Source: Candidatus Poribacteria bacterium
GTDB taxonomy: Bacteria > Poribacteria > WGA-4E > PCPOR2b
Direction of reading: 5' to 3'
NCBI GenBank assembly: GCA_965116925.1
Contig: OZ220744.1
Coordinates: forward strand, 1,760,001-1,824,000
DNA length: 64,000 nucleotides
The translations under genes were made by a program, and so were the position numbers. The first letter of the stretch is position 1. Every line of letters starts with the position of its first letter. This document shows positions 9,590 to 19,345 of the stretch, piece by piece. The notes under the pieces were generated by a model, which saw nothing but the letters and a program-made list of their open reading frames with translations, made no database searches and was not told the DNA's origin.

Positions 9590-10576
9590 ATGACAACAAG
9601 GGCAAATGAAATGGTCGGTGGAACGTTCAACCGTAACCTTGTTGAAGCACCGATCGAAGATACAGAGAGCTATGAAGGTAACAGCGAGTGGGCAACGCTG
9701 TCAGAAGATGAGACACGAACGCTTCAAATTGATGCGTTAAGCACTTGGCTGCAGAAGGTTTCAACGCACAAACTTCTGTCTAGGGAACAAGAGGTAGAGC
9801 TTGCCAAGCGGATCGAGCAAAACGATGAAAGTGCCCGCGATGAGTTGGTCCAGGCGAACTTACGCTTAGTGGTATCAGTCGCGATAAAATATCAAGGACA
9901 TAATGTTCCCCTCGAAGATCTTATTCAAGAGGGAAATATCGGGTTGATGCGTGCAGTGAGTAAATTCGACCATCGGAAGGGATTTAAGTTTAGCACCTAC
10001 GCCATTTGGTGGATTCGGCAGGCAATCATGAGAACCCTCGATAACTGTTCGCGTTCAATCCGGCTACCGTCTTATGTCGTCGCGAAGGCGAGCAAGTTTG
10101 ATTCGGCTTATGCGGATCTCAGCCAAACGCTTCACCGTGAACCCACAATCGAGGAATTATCCGAGGTGCTTGAGTTGACGGATAAACAGATCGAAGATTT
10201 GTTGGTTCTCAATTCGGGGACGGTCTCGTTGGAGTTACCCCTCAATGATGAAAAGCACGCAACAACCTTGAGCGATTTGATTGAGGATCCGAAAGCGAAC
10301 CCAGAAACTGGTCCGATTGCGAATCTGGTCGACGGCGATTTAGTGGACACACTCCTCAGCAAATTAAAAGTGAGAGAGCGGGAAGTGATTAAGATGCGCT
10401 ATGGGCTTGAAGATGGGGAAGAAAAGACTTTGCGTGAAATTGGAGAGAAGATGGATGTCACTAGGGAACGGATCCGACAACTGGAAATTGAGGCGATCGC
10501 TCGTATAAAACGTCTGTACGACGAGGCGGGGGAACTTCGGCTTCCGAAAGAGGCATCAAGCTGTCCGGCTGCGTAG
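9590..10576 (+). CDS. RpoD/SigA-family sigma factor lacking region 1.1 (group 2-like)
   Basis: [38 protein letters not shown]...TRERIRQLE; 328 aa. Confidence 0.93.
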   Translation: MTTRANEMVGGTFNRNLVEAPIEDTESYEGNSEWATLSEDETRTLQIDALSTWLQKVSTHKLLSREQEVELAKRIEQNDESARDELVQANLRLVVSVAIKYQGHNVPLEDLIQEGNIGLMRAVSKFDHRKGFKFSTYAIWWIRQAIMRTLDNCSRSIRLPSYVVAKASKFDSAYADLSQTLHREPTIEELSEVLELTDKQIEDLLVLNSGTVSLELPLNDEKHATTLSDLIEDPKANPETGPIANLVDGDLVDTLLSKLKVREREVIKMRYGLEDGEEKTLREIGEKMDVTRERIRQLEIEAIARIKRLYDEAGELRLPKEASSCPAA

Positions 10577-10601
10577 TATCTACCAACACTAAGGAGAAGA
10601 A

Positions 10602-11234
10602 ATGAAGAGTATATTGAATAAATTAAAACAGAAACAACCTCAAACTGTAGAGGGGTCCACACTACTTACTGTCACTGAAGCTGCCAAAGAGAAGATTCAA
10701 TCGGTGATTGAAGACCAAGGGATGGAAGTTGAAGGATTGCGCGTTAGTATCAATGGTCGTTCCGCATCAGCGTTTGAGTATGGTCTGGGTCTCGAAGTTG
10801 AACCCAATCCAGATGATGTCGTGGTTGACTGCGGAGATTTTAAGGTTTTGGTTGATCCGGAAAGCGCAAAAAACCTAAAGGGAGCAACCATCGATTATGT
10901 GGAAGACCTGAATTCGAGCGGTTTCAAGGTTGATAACCCGAACACGCCAACATGGGATAATCCCAAAGCCCAAGCGATTCAGCAACTCATCGATGAACGG
11001 ATTAATCCCGCGGTCGCATCGCACGGTGGGCACATCGATTTGCTGGATGTTACAGATGATTCAATCTACATCCACATGGGGGGCGGCTGCCAAGGGTGTG
11101 GGATGGCAAATGTCACCTTGAAGCACGGCATTGAGGGGATGATTCAAGAGCATTTCCCAGAAATCAAGCATATTATTGACAGCACCGACCACGAATCCGG
11201 TACGAATCCCTACTATGAACCAAGTAAGGGGTAA
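10602..11234 (+). CDS. nfuA: Fe-S biogenesis protein NfuA
   Basis: Cys-degenerate IscA-like N-domain plus NifU C-domain (HGG..GGGCQGC). Confidence 0.88.
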   Translation: MKSILNKLKQKQPQTVEGSTLLTVTEAAKEKIQSVIEDQGMEVEGLRVSINGRSASAFEYGLGLEVEPNPDDVVVDCGDFKVLVDPESAKNLKGATIDYVEDLNSSGFKVDNPNTPTWDNPKAQAIQQLIDERINPAVASHGGHIDLLDVTDDSIYIHMGGGCQGCGMANVTLKHGIEGMIQEHFPEIKHIIDSTDHESGTNPYYEPSKG

Positions 11235-11294
11235 GCGACCAGCCCGAACACAGTCATGGCACAGATCCGCTTTCACTTCTTTAAGGAGTTGGTC

Positions 11295-11972
11295 ATGTCC
11301 AAGCGTCGTCTCATCTGTTACACCATAGCGTTAGCTGCGTTTTTTAGTGCCTATGTGGGATATAAGCTTTACGAAAGCCGCACTCAATCAACAAGGACAG
11401 CGACAACAAACCAGTTGGATGCTAGCGTAGGGCTTGGCTCGATGGACCGTGCATTTTTACAGCGACAGGAATCTGTCAGCCAACTGACAAGGGGGATTGC
11501 AAAACGATTTCCCTCGTTGAAACTTCCTGTATGGACATATACACCCGAGAAATTAGATAGCAGCACTGTTGATTCAGTGAAAGCTATTGCTTTAGTGAGC
11601 GGGGTCGTCGAGTTTCACTCAACTAGGCTACCTGACGCAAAAGCATACCGACTGCCGCTACCAGCAGAAAAGACACTTCTCGCGGGGGACATAATCAGCG
11701 CTCAAGAGGTAATTTATTTAATCTTCACAACACCCGAAAACACGCCCGAATTTCCCCCTCCAAGTTTCCACGAGCTTCAAAGTCCGTCTGATGCTTCAAT
11801 TCCTTATCCACTGATTGCGAAAGCCTTTGATTCACCAAATGACGCTGCTCTAACCCAACTCAGAGATTGGATAGAATCGGTAGGCGGAGCAGCTCGCGCA
11901 CAATCGTTACTTGAGGCAGCGGGACTATCGGATTCTATACGGATTGAAACAGCGACTATTTTCCGTCAATAA
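11295..11972 (+). CDS. Hypothetical membrane-anchored protein
   Basis: AAGGAG RBS before ATG 11295; N-terminal basic plus hydrophobic segment. Confidence 0.7.
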   Translation: MSKRRLICYTIALAAFFSAYVGYKLYESRTQSTRTATTNQLDASVGLGSMDRAFLQRQESVSQLTRGIAKRFPSLKLPVWTYTPEKLDSSTVDSVKAIALVSGVVEFHSTRLPDAKAYRLPLPAEKTLLAGDIISAQEVIYLIFTTPENTPEFPPPSFHELQSPSDASIPYPLIAKAFDSPNDAALTQLRDWIESVGGAARAQSLLEAAGLSDSIRIETATIFRQ

Positions 11973-12037
11973 AGGCAAGCGGAAATGAAACACCCGAAGC
12001 CGATTCTTATGACAGGGCATCGGAAGGATAATTCTCG

Positions 12038-12072
12038 GTAGGGGCAGATTAACGTATCTGCCCCTTTTTTTA
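12038..12072 (+). terminator. GTAG-type hairpin with U-tract, probable intrinsic terminator
   Basis: AGGGGCAGAT...ATCTGCCCCT followed by a T run. Confidence 0.55.
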
Positions 12073-12084
12073 AAGGTCAAATTG

Positions 12085-13545
12085 ATGATGAAACGTCCGG
12101 GCGCAATATTACTCATTTCGTGTTATGAACTGGGACACCAACCTATTGGTCTTGCCTCCCCGCTTGGGTTTCTTGAACGTGCTGGATATGTGCCAGACGT
12201 GATGGACATCGCTGTTGAAACCTTAGATGTGGAAAAAGCTGCCCGTGCGGAGTTTGTTGGGATTTGTGTGCCGATGCACACCGCCCTCCGTCTGGGCGTC
12301 CATGTTGCAACCCGTCTTCGCAGAATCAATCCAACCTGCCATATCTGTTTCTATGGACTCTACGCTTCATTGAACGCTGAATACCTGCTCAAACATCACG
12401 CCGATTCGGTCATCGGTGGTGAATATGAGACACCACTAGTCAAGTTGATTGATTCTTTTGCAGCTGGGACACCTGTAGAGATAGCCGGTGTCCTCCGACG
12501 TGACGGTGTCGAATCGCTTCAAGATACCCCTCAATCCAAACCCCTTCTGAAACCTTCACACAATGCCGTGCCAAGTCGAAAGCGATTGCCGTCGCTTGAT
12601 AGGTATGCACGCCTTGAACAGGATGATGTTGCACACCTTGCCGGTTATGTGGAGACAAGTCGTGGCTGCAAACACCTCTGTTTCCACTGTCCTATCCCGC
12701 CAGTTTATGAAGGGAGATTTTCCGTTGTGCCGAAGGAGATTGTACTGGCGGATATTCGAGCGCAGGTTGATGCGGGTGCGGCTCACATCACATTCGGCGA
12801 TCCCGATTTCCTTAACGGTCCCAAACACGCACTCCGGATTGTTCAAGCTATGCACGAAGCGTTCCCAAACCTGACCTTTGATTGCACAACTAAAATCGAG
12901 CACCTCCTGAAGCACCGTTCCATCCTATCTGAACTCCGCAACTGCGGTTGTATATTCATCGTTTCCGCTGTCGAATCGCTTAATGACACGGTGCTTGACA
13001 ATCTCCAGAAAGGGCACACACGCGCCGATGTTTTTGCCGTCATCGATCTTTTGAAGGAGGTTGGAATTGCTTTGCGACCCTCGCTTGTCCCGTTCACACC
13101 GTGGGAGACACTCGATAGCTATCTGTATATCCTCGACTGTGTTGAAAACAGCGGGCTAATCGATTACATTGATCCAGTGCAGTACACCATTCGGTTGCTT
13201 GTTCCGCCCGGTTCTTCCCTGCTTTCCCAACCCTCTATTCAACCCTACCTTGGGGAGCTCCATCAGGAATCTTTCACTTATCTTTGGACACACCCGGATC
13301 CGCGAATGGATGAACTCCACAAAGCGGTCACTGTTGCCGTAGAGAGTGCATCACAGATTGGTGAGGATACATTCGTAACCTTCCATCGGGTGCGCAACCT
13401 TGTGTATGCTGCAATCGGTAGAGCAAAATCTTCCATTGTGTTCCCAATGGGTTTTGAATCTGACCGAAAGCGACCGCCGCGCCTGACGGAAGATTGGTTC
13501 TGCTGAGCGGAGCCAACGCAGGGTCAGTTAGACCCGCTCACCTAA
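12085..13545 (+). CDS. CUAEP-tail radical SAM selenoprotein (Sec at UGA 13504-13506)
   Basis: CxxxCxxC (CKHLCFHC) with B12-binding-like N-domain; reads RLTEDWFC-TGA-AEPTQGQLDPLT-TAA. Confidence 0.88.
13504..13540 (+). promoter_or_regulatory. Candidate bacterial SECIS hairpin
   Basis: GGGTC-AGTTA-GACCC stem-loop 14 nt after UGA; TGAGCGG/CCGCTCA alternative pairing. Confidence 0.6.
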
Positions 13546-13551
13546 TGCGAT

Positions 13552-14841
13552 TTACATCATTAGCTTCTCAATCTCATCAATCGTCTTTGGTACGGCTGCG
13601 GTCAAAACTTCACAGCCAGACTCGGTAACTAAGATATTGTCCTCAATCCGCACACCGATTCCCAGATACTCTGATGGGACGTTTTCGCTGTCAGGATCAA
13701 TGTACAGTCCCGGTTCGACAGTCATCACCATGCCCGGTTGGAAGGTTTTATACTCTTCTCCCTCCCGCGTCTTTGCCACGTCGTGAACTTCTACCCCCAG
13801 CATGTGTCCGACACTGTGCATATAAAATTTCCGATATTCCTGCTCCTCAATTATCTTCTCTTTCTCTCCGACCAATAATCCCAACTCCAACATTGCTTCG
13901 GTCAGCATCTCTACCGCCTTCTGAACAGGATCGCCAATCGAAACACCGGGACGAATGCTTTCGATAATCTCACACTGGACGTCGAGTACCGATTGGTACA
14001 GCGCACGTTGCGCCTCCGTAAACTTTCCATTGGCGGGGAACGTCCGGGTTATATCGCCACAATAGTATTGGTATTCGCATCCTGCATCAATGAGTACCAA
14101 ATCGCCATCTTCGATCTGGCAGTCGTTTGTCGTATAGTGCAAGGTCGTTGCATTTGCACCCTTTGCTACAATCGTGAGAAAGGCAGGACCCGTCCCACCG
14201 TTTTTCCGATAGATTGAGTCAATTAGACTGTCTAGTTCATATTCGTACATGCCGGGACGAACTGCCTGCATCGCTGCTATGTGTGCCTCAACACTGATGT
14301 CTACCGCTTTGCGAATCCGTCCGAGTTCCGTTTCATCTTTGATAAGACGCATCTCCGCAAGAATGTCGGTGGGATCAATTAAGGTGGTAGGTCCGGTTCC
14401 CTCGCGCAAGCGATACCGTCTATACCCCTTGAGGAGTCCGATAATCTTCTGGTTAAAGGCTTCGTCCGCACCAAACCCGTAGTAGAGTTGGTCCGATGTC
14501 CCGATATATTCAGAGATTTTTTCGTCAAATTCCTCAATGGGATAGGCTTCATCTGCGCCGAAGTGTTCCTTTGCGCCCTCGACGCCGGCGCGCTTGCCGG
14601 TCCACACCTCCTGTTCGGGGACACGGGGACGGACAAATAAAATGTACTGATGTTCAGGATGGTCTGGGGCAATGACGCAGACCGCCTCCGGTTCCTCGAA
14701 GCCGGTTAGATAGTAGAAATTGGCGTCTTGGCGGTATCTATATTCTGTCGAGTGGGTGCGCATCGCTTGCAATGCGCTTGGAAAGATTGCAACACCTCCC
14801 CCTATTTTTTTCATCAATGCTTTGCGTCTACTTTCGTGCAT
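13552..14841 (-). CDS. pepP: Xaa-Pro aminopeptidase
   Basis: YRQDANFYYLTG, LIDAG, DITRT, GHMLGVEVHD, TVEPG, GVRIEDN. Confidence 0.95.
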   Translation of the reverse strand: MHESRRKALMKKIGGGVAIFPSALQAMRTHSTEYRYRQDANFYYLTGFEEPEAVCVIAPDHPEHQYILFVRPRVPEQEVWTGKRAGVEGAKEHFGADEAYPIEEFDEKISEYIGTSDQLYYGFGADEAFNQKIIGLLKGYRRYRLREGTGPTTLIDPTDILAEMRLIKDETELGRIRKAVDISVEAHIAAMQAVRPGMYEYELDSLIDSIYRKNGGTGPAFLTIVAKGANATTLHYTTNDCQIEDGDLVLIDAGCEYQYYCGDITRTFPANGKFTEAQRALYQSVLDVQCEIIESIRPGVSIGDPVQKAVEMLTEAMLELGLLVGEKEKIIEEQEYRKFYMHSVGHMLGVEVHDVAKTREGEEYKTFQPGMVMTVEPGLYIDPDSENVPSEYLGIGVRIEDNILVTESGCEVLTAAVPKTIDEIEKLMM

Positions 14842-15060
14842 ACTTGCTTTCTCCTTCTGTGGACAACCGTGATTGGGTTTGATTCGACATTATAGCATAA
14901 TCCCCTAAGCAGCCGAATGAAAAAGAAAGCGCGAAGGGAGAAAATGGGAAGACGGGAAAACGAGAGAACGGGAAAACGAGATCAGATTCTCATCTTGTTT
15001 TCGTCCCTTTCACCGGAACTAATGAACTGATGAATCAATGTACTAATGAACCAATTTGCG

Positions 15061-15089
15061 TTGCAGGTTTTCGTCAGATTTGCTATAAT
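15061..15089 (+). promoter_or_regulatory. Sigma70-type promoter
   Basis: TTGCAG-17 bp-TATAAT with extended -10 TG. Confidence 0.65.
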
Positions 15090-15116
15090 GACGGGAAAAG
15101 GAACGAAGGCTGAAGC

Positions 15117-15680
15117 ATGAAAATCTATACCAAAACTGGAGATACCGGGGAGACAGGACTGTACGGTGGGGCGCGGGTGCCTAAAGACGCACTGCGTGTT
15201 GAAGCGTGTGGCACAGTTGATGAACTCAATGCCTGGATCGGGTTCGTGAGATCTCAAATTCAGGACACTGAAATTGGTGTTATCCTCCATCGCATCCAAA
15301 ACGAACTCTTTGATATTGGGGCGGATCTCGCAACATTAGACACGCACCCGAAAGCGGCGAGTCTGAGAATTCCGCCAACCTTGACCCTCGAACTGGAAAG
15401 CGAGATCGACCGGTTTGAGGATCAGCTCCCACCGCTGAAAAACTTCATTCTGCCCGGCGGCTCAACCGTTGGTGCAGCGGTTCACCTCGCCCGAACTGTC
15501 TGCCGTCGTGCTGAACGGTGTGTTGTCACTCTTGTCAAAACGGAAGAAGCAAATCGAGAGGTGCTGATTTACCTGAACCGGCTCTCCGATCTGCTATTTG
15601 TACTTGCCCGTTTGGTCAATCATCGGTTGGGTGAATCGGAGCCGCTTTGGGAGTCGCAAACAAAACGCACAAAATCCTAG
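15117..15680 (+). CDS. PduO-type ATP:cob(I)alamin adenosyltransferase
   Basis: MKIYTKTGDTGET, GTVDELN, FILPGG, RRAER, LNRLSD. Confidence 0.95.
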   Translation: MKIYTKTGDTGETGLYGGARVPKDALRVEACGTVDELNAWIGFVRSQIQDTEIGVILHRIQNELFDIGADLATLDTHPKAASLRIPPTLTLELESEIDRFEDQLPPLKNFILPGGSTVGAAVHLARTVCRRAERCVVTLVKTEEANREVLIYLNRLSDLLFVLARLVNHRLGESEPLWESQTKRTKS

Positions 15681-15966
15681 TACATTGTCAGATAAATGTA
15701 GCGCAAACTGTTAGTTTGCGGACTCGGATCACAATCTAAATGAAGTTTAAGTATTTAAATCGGTAATCCCGATTTTCCTCGAAACATACGGTAGGCGCGG
15801 TTTTCAACCGCGCTGGTGTCCATAACAAATTACCGAATTATTTTTTTAATTTTCATACAGATTGTGGTACAAAAGCTTCCTTTAGATACTTTCCCCACAA
15901 AGCGGCTTGGCTATGGCTATCCAAACCGAGCGGTGAGTGCCTTATCATGATTTATTTGACAGAGCA
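15681..15966. mobile_element. Outer MITE-like element with CTAG duplication
   Basis: TACATTGTCAGATAAAT / ATTTATTTGACAGAGCA (13/17 inverted match); CTAG at 15677-15680 and 15967-15970. Confidence 0.65.
15740..15856 (+). mobile_element. 117-bp MITE, copy 1
   Basis: 28-bp imperfect TIR (21/28) with ATGAA...TTCAT ends; inverted copy of equal length at 52242-52358. Confidence 0.85.
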
Positions 15967-16118
15967 CTAGCATTTCGCCTTTTTTGTATGATCCCTGTAT
16001 GTTGGACACTAATGAACCAATGGTCTTCACGTTTCACGTTTCAGTCGTGGTTTGGATATTCTTAACCGAATTAATCTTGACCTCCAAACCGAACTCACAA
16101 TCTAGATAAGGAGCGAAT

Positions 16119-17255
16119 ATGAATAACTCAAAAATAGATCGTATTGAATGCGTACCGCTTATCGGTACAAGGCCGCGGGAAGCGGGGTGTAACTCACGCT
16201 TGCAGGTACACGGGCTGCATGTTAGACCGCCTATTGCACGTATCACCACCGATGACGGTGCGACCGGTTTTGGTTTATCGCGTATGTCTGAGGAGGATGC
16301 CGCAGGGCTCGTTGGGGCGCCCTTGAGCGAGGCATTTGATCTCGAAAACGGTGTCAGTGAACGCTTCCGCGCGCTTGAATATCCGCTCTGGGATCTCGCT
16401 GGAAAACTATCTGGAAAGCCGGTGTATGAGATGCTCGGTGGAGAACCGGATGCGGATGGCGTTTTTCGGGCACGTTGTTATGATACCTCGCTATACATTG
16501 ATGATTTACATCTATCAGATGACAACGAAGCGGCTGCGCTGATTGCCTCTGAAGCGTTAGAGGGCAAAGCGCGGGGGCACAAAGCATACAAGATTAAGGT
16601 CGGACGCGGCGCGATGCACATGCCGCTCGAACAGGGGACGCATCGCGACATTCTGGTGATCCGTGCCGTCAGGAACGCGGTCGGACCCGATGCTACGATT
16701 CTGATCGATGCCAACAACGGCTACAACCTGAACCTGACGAAACAGGTGTTGGGTGAGACCGCTGAAGCAAAGGTGTATTGGATGGAGGAGGCATTCCACG
16801 AAGATGGCAGCTTCTACGCCAATCTGAAGGAGTGGCTCAATACGGAGGGTATAGGAACGAAAATCGCTGACGGAGAGGGCGGTGCTTCACTCAATCTGCT
16901 CCAGTGGGCGGAGGAGGGGCTAGTTGATATTATCCAGTACGACATCTTCCACCCCGGTTTCTCCCGTTGGCTAGAACTCGGACCCCAACTCGACGCATGG
17001 AATGTCGGATCCGCACCACACCATTATGGCGGGCATTACGGCAACTATGTGTCTTGTCACCTCTCTGCGGCGATCCAAGGCTTTGAGTTTACCGAATGGG
17101 ACGAAGCGGATACACCCGGCTTAGACGGCTCTGGGTATTCAATCTCTGATGGGCTGGTCAGTGTTCCCAATTCGCCCGGTTTCGGTCTCAATCTGGACGA
17201 GGAGATCTATGCCCGCGCCGTCAAGGAGAGTGGATTTGATGTTCGAGCGGCGTGA
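16119..17255 (+). CDS. Mandelate racemase/muconate lactonizing (enolase superfamily) enzyme
   Basis: LWDLAGK, KIK, IDAN, WMEE, DGE motifs. Confidence 0.88.
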   Translation: MNNSKIDRIECVPLIGTRPREAGCNSRLQVHGLHVRPPIARITTDDGATGFGLSRMSEEDAAGLVGAPLSEAFDLENGVSERFRALEYPLWDLAGKLSGKPVYEMLGGEPDADGVFRARCYDTSLYIDDLHLSDDNEAAALIASEALEGKARGHKAYKIKVGRGAMHMPLEQGTHRDILVIRAVRNAVGPDATILIDANNGYNLNLTKQVLGETAEAKVYWMEEAFHEDGSFYANLKEWLNTEGIGTKIADGEGGASLNLLQWAEEGLVDIIQYDIFHPGFSRWLELGPQLDAWNVGSAPHHYGGHYGNYVSCHLSAAIQGFEFTEWDEADTPGLDGSGYSISDGLVSVPNSPGFGLNLDEEIYARAVKESGFDVRAA

Positions 17256-17286
17256 TCCATAAGGCGAAAAAAGTGGTTGGGCTTCC

Positions 17287-17316
17287 AGTAGGGAATGCAG
17301 ATCTGCATTCCCTACT
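17287..17316. repeat. GTAG-type perfect palindrome (30 bp)
   Basis: AGTAGGGAATGCAGATCTGCATTCCCTACT. Confidence 0.75.
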
Positions 17317-17401
17317 AGCCTGACAGTGGGTAGATGGAAGATGCAAAGATGCGAGCATACTACTTAACCTCCAAAAAAATTATCGTTGTGTAAGACAAAA
17401 T

Positions 17402-18127
17402 ATGAATACGCCGGACCAATCCGAGTCCCAAGATGATCTAAATGCAGTTTTTGAAAAAATCCAAGAAATAGCAGCAAAATCATCTGATGGTGATTATATC
17501 TACCGTGGCGAACCTAAACGCTACCGAAAAGTTTCCTCAAGCCTTTGGCGTGAATGTAGTAAAACATTGGGTACTGATCAATTTGATATAAATGCTATCC
17601 AAGATCAAATGCTGAAAATAGTTAAAAGCTATACCCGATATACCCCTGAAACAGAAGACTTTGAAATTTTAACTGAACTCCAACACTACGGCGGGCAAAC
17701 CAACTTGATAGACTTTACGACCGATTCTCTGATAGCCCTCTTTTTCGCCTGTGACGGCTCTCATAAGATCCGAGGCAGAGTTATCTTGTTTCAAAAAACT
17801 GAAGAAAAAACCAAAGCATATAGAATAGAGGAACCTCGGAATCCTCAAACCCGTGTCATGGCACAAAAAAGTATATTCGTTCAACCACCCAAAGGCTTTA
17901 TTGAACCGGAAGAATATAAAACAATAACCATCACAAAAAGCCTCAAACAACCGATGTTAGACTATCTGCGAAAGCACCACGGCATATCGACCAGAACTAT
18001 CTACAACGACCTCCATGGATTTATAAGAAACCAGAGCATCCATCAGGAGACATACATGGCAATTTATAAGGGGGCGACGCAGCCACGCGAGGACGACTCA
18101 GGTTTTGATCGGATGGGCTCTTATTAA
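17402..18127 (+). CDS. FRG domain protein
   Basis: YIYRGE, LQHYGGQTNLIDFT, IALFFAC, RVMAQKSIF. Confidence 0.88.
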   Translation: MNTPDQSESQDDLNAVFEKIQEIAAKSSDGDYIYRGEPKRYRKVSSSLWRECSKTLGTDQFDINAIQDQMLKIVKSYTRYTPETEDFEILTELQHYGGQTNLIDFTTDSLIALFFACDGSHKIRGRVILFQKTEEKTKAYRIEEPRNPQTRVMAQKSIFVQPPKGFIEPEEYKTITITKSLKQPMLDYLRKHHGISTRTIYNDLHGFIRNQSIHQETYMAIYKGATQPREDDSGFDRMGSY

Positions 18128-18145
18128 CACAACGGAGGATCAAAA

Positions 18146-19015
18146 ATGGAAACACAACCAACACAGACACGCTATGATGAGGCAATCAAGCACTATACCC
18201 ACGCAATTGAACTAAAACCCGATTTTGCAATAGCCTATAATAATCGCGGTATTACTTACCGTGATAAAGGTGAGATTAAACGTGCCATTGACGATTTTAA
18301 CAAAGCGATTGAACTACAGGCTGATTATGCGGAAGCTTATAACAATCGTGGGCTTACTTACCGCAATAAAGGGGATTACGATAGGGCTATTGATGACTTC
18401 AACACAGCGATAAAATTGAACCCCCAGCTTGCGGAAGCTTATAACAATCGTGGGCTTGCTTACCGCAGCAAAGGCGAGTTGGATCGCGCTATCCAAGACT
18501 ATAACAGAGCCATAGAGCTAAAACCCGATTTTGTCGAGCCTTATAACAATCGTGGGGTAGCTTACGGTAGTAAAGGTGATTATGACCGTGCCGTTGCAGA
18601 CTTAAACACGGCGATAGACTTGAACCCACAGTTTGCCGTGACCTATAGTAATCGCGGTCTAGCTTACGTCCAAAAAGGGGATTATGACCGGGCTATTGCA
18701 GACTTAAACACGGCGATACAACTCTATGCCGGTGATGCCGGTGATCCTGCTGTTCGTTACAATTGTGGTATGACATCGCTGCATTCAGAAGAATGGATAC
18801 ACGCTGCCAAGGATCCTTTTGTTCATTACAATCGTGGTATAGCATGGTTATACCTGAAAGAATGGAAAAAAGCCCGATTAGACCTGACGTATGCCAGAGA
18901 CATGGGAGTAGCTATCATTGTTGCGTTCCATGATGATCACGGAAGTGTTGAGGTCTTTGAGAAGGAATATGAGATTACACTGCCGGACGACATCGCCGAT
19001 ATGCTGACATCCTAA
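18146..19015 (+). CDS. Tetratricopeptide repeat protein
   Basis: Tandem 34-aa AYNNRG..Y..KG.YDRAI.D.N.AI.L.P repeats; GGAGG RBS. Confidence 0.93.
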   Translation: METQPTQTRYDEAIKHYTHAIELKPDFAIAYNNRGITYRDKGEIKRAIDDFNKAIELQADYAEAYNNRGLTYRNKGDYDRAIDDFNTAIKLNPQLAEAYNNRGLAYRSKGELDRAIQDYNRAIELKPDFVEPYNNRGVAYGSKGDYDRAVADLNTAIDLNPQFAVTYSNRGLAYVQKGDYDRAIADLNTAIQLYAGDAGDPAVRYNCGMTSLHSEEWIHAAKDPFVHYNRGIAWLYLKEWKKARLDLTYARDMGVAIIVAFHDDHGSVEVFEKEYEITLPDDIADMLTS

Positions 19016-19163
19016 GGGATTTTCCTAAGCCCCTGCAAAATGAGGGGAAAGGATGATTGTTTCAGTTCAAGTGTTGTCACCTTACAGATGCCTCCTCTAC
19101 TGGCTGAACTGTTGAGCGACAAAGACCAAATCGAGGATGTTGACGATGCCATAGCTACTAACA

Positions 19164-19198
19164 GAAAACAGGGCAACCCTTGTGGTTGCCCTGTTTTC
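19164..19198. repeat. REP-like hairpin / possible terminator
   Basis: GAAAACAGGGCAACC-CTTGT-GGTTGCCCTGTTTTC; related to 2735-2760. Confidence 0.7.
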
Positions 19199-19249
19199 AT
19201 AGTTTCACCTCATATTCCTTCCTGCGTGTCCAAACCCTCCCAAAAAAAC

Positions 19250-19278
19250 TTGCAACGAAAAATCGGATCAGGTATAAT
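19250..19278 (+). promoter_or_regulatory. Sigma70-type promoter
   Basis: TTGCAA-17 bp-TATAAT. Confidence 0.65.
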
Positions 19279-19345
19279 CAGACGCTAAGGACACAAGCAG
19301 CATAAGATCCTTAAATCGGCGAATACCTGAAGGGAAGTCGTCTGC

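Noticed and set aside
13504..13506. UGA as the true stop of the radical SAM gene
   Set aside because: The downstream AEP motif and hairpin favour selenocysteine readthrough
15117..15680. Functional link between the adenosyltransferase and the B12-type radical SAM enzyme
   Set aside because: Separated by pepP with its own promoter; such radical SAM enzymes do not generally use adenosylcobalamin
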